Both the position numbers and the translations under genes were made by a program. From an uncultured archaeon (GTDB taxonomy: Archaea; Thermoproteota; Nitrososphaeria_A; Caldarchaeales; Calditenuaceae): a stretch of 64,000 nucleotides of DNA. The notes beneath the pieces are model-generated. The model was not told the DNA's origin and ran no database searches. It saw only the letters and a program-made list of their open reading frames with translations. The stretch is taken from positions 17,017 through 81,016 of the forward strand of contig CALIKS010000015.1 of NCBI GenBank assembly GCA_938017985.1, written 5' to 3'. Position 1 is the first letter of the stretch. Every line of letters begins with the position of its first letter. Shown in pieces: positions 63,570 to 64,000 of this stretch.

Positions 63570-64000
63570 TCAAGCCAGCCTCGCCTGACCCCTAATAAAG
63601 GGAACAAGCCTACTCCTCGACAAGTACCTCCCCAGCGGAATACTAAGCCTAGGCCCAACATACCCCAACGCCTCATCAAGAGAACCAAACCTACGAAAAC
63701 CAGACTCCAAAGCAACCCTCGTCAACTCCCTAAACCTCCAAACACCAAGAGGAACCCAGCCACGACCCACCTCAAAAAACACAACCGCACCCGCCTGCTC
63801 GCCACGAGAGACAAGATACCTCAAGACAGACAGTCTAACGGCATAGTACGCACCGCCCGTATTCTCGGCATACCTACTCCTACCCCAAAAATACTCAGAA
63901 TCAACATAAGGAGAATCAGACAAGAACCGAACCCAACCCTCAAGCAGCTCAAACATCCACGGAAAAGGAACCAAGACAACAAAGACAGAATTAAACAAGG
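63570..64000 (-). CDS. Nre-family (COG1602-like) putative DNA repair protein, C-terminal part (N-terminus beyond the window)
   Basis: The minus frame is open from the stop at 63570 to the window edge. TGGAYYAVRLSVLRYLVSRGEQAGAVVFFEVGRGWVPLGVWRFRE resembles the conserved Nre C-domain as I remember it. The family assignment is uncertain. Confidence 0.45.
   Translation of the reverse strand, partial: LFNSVFVVLVPFPWMFELLEGWVRFLSDSPYVDSEYFWGRSRYAENTGGAYYAVRLSVLRYLVSRGEQAGAVVFFEVGRGWVPLGVWRFRELTRVALESGFRRFGSLDEALGYVGPRLSIPLGRYLSRSRLVPFIRGQARLA

Noticed and set aside
1-64000. CRISPR arrays, IS elements, rRNA
   Set aside because: Reading both strands, I found no regularly spaced direct repeats, no transposase-like ORFs with terminal inverted repeats, and no rRNA-like conserved stretches.

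Overview
This window is an archaeal chromosomal segment. The evidence is a group II chaperonin (thermosome), TBP, RpoK, Top6A, PurP, archaeal NMNAT, a tRNA with bulge-helix-bulge introns, and A/T-rich TATA-like boxes about 26-28 nt upstream of start codons, which implies mostly leaderless mRNAs. The host is probably a thermophilic crenarchaeote (Thermoproteota), but I cannot assign a species. I call 66 protein-coding genes. Two are missing from the supplied ORF track: a 382-codon HAD hydrolase that runs off the left edge, and a 49-aa ribbon-helix-helix gene. I also call 3 tRNAs: tRNA-Gln(CUG) with two introns, tRNA-Gly(UCC) and tRNA-Gly(GCC). I saw no CRISPR array, rRNA, transposase or integrase. 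Functional blocks are hisG-hisD-HAD, a large accessory catabolic island (about 10.3-28.8 kb), a NAD salvage cluster (36.4-40.9 kb), core information-processing genes (thermosome, rpoK, S12, TBP), and a tungsten-enzyme block (ferredoxin-like subunit, AOR, two MoeA). Hand-counted 60-nt samples suggest three composition tiers: about 28-30% G+C inside 19.7-21.4 kb, about 48% in the thermosome gene, and about 57-63% in 53.2-58.6 kb. My best candidate for an undescribed system is the AT-rich island at 15.4-22 kb. There, two paralogous SelA/DgaE-fold PLP enzymes, an LLM oxidoreductase, an amidohydrolase, an M19 dipeptidase and an MLE-type enolase-superfamily enzyme sit between the two halves of a split sugar-type ABC transporter, next to RidA and a DSD1-type PLP enzyme. 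Secondary candidates are a PdeM-like phosphoesterase/SWIM pair, an internally duplicated orphan protein, a C2H2 zinc-finger gene coupled to nadM, and a 3.7-kb cassette of uncharacterised genes bracketed by inverted tRNA-Gly genes. All functional calls rest on motif recognition by eye. No database search was run.
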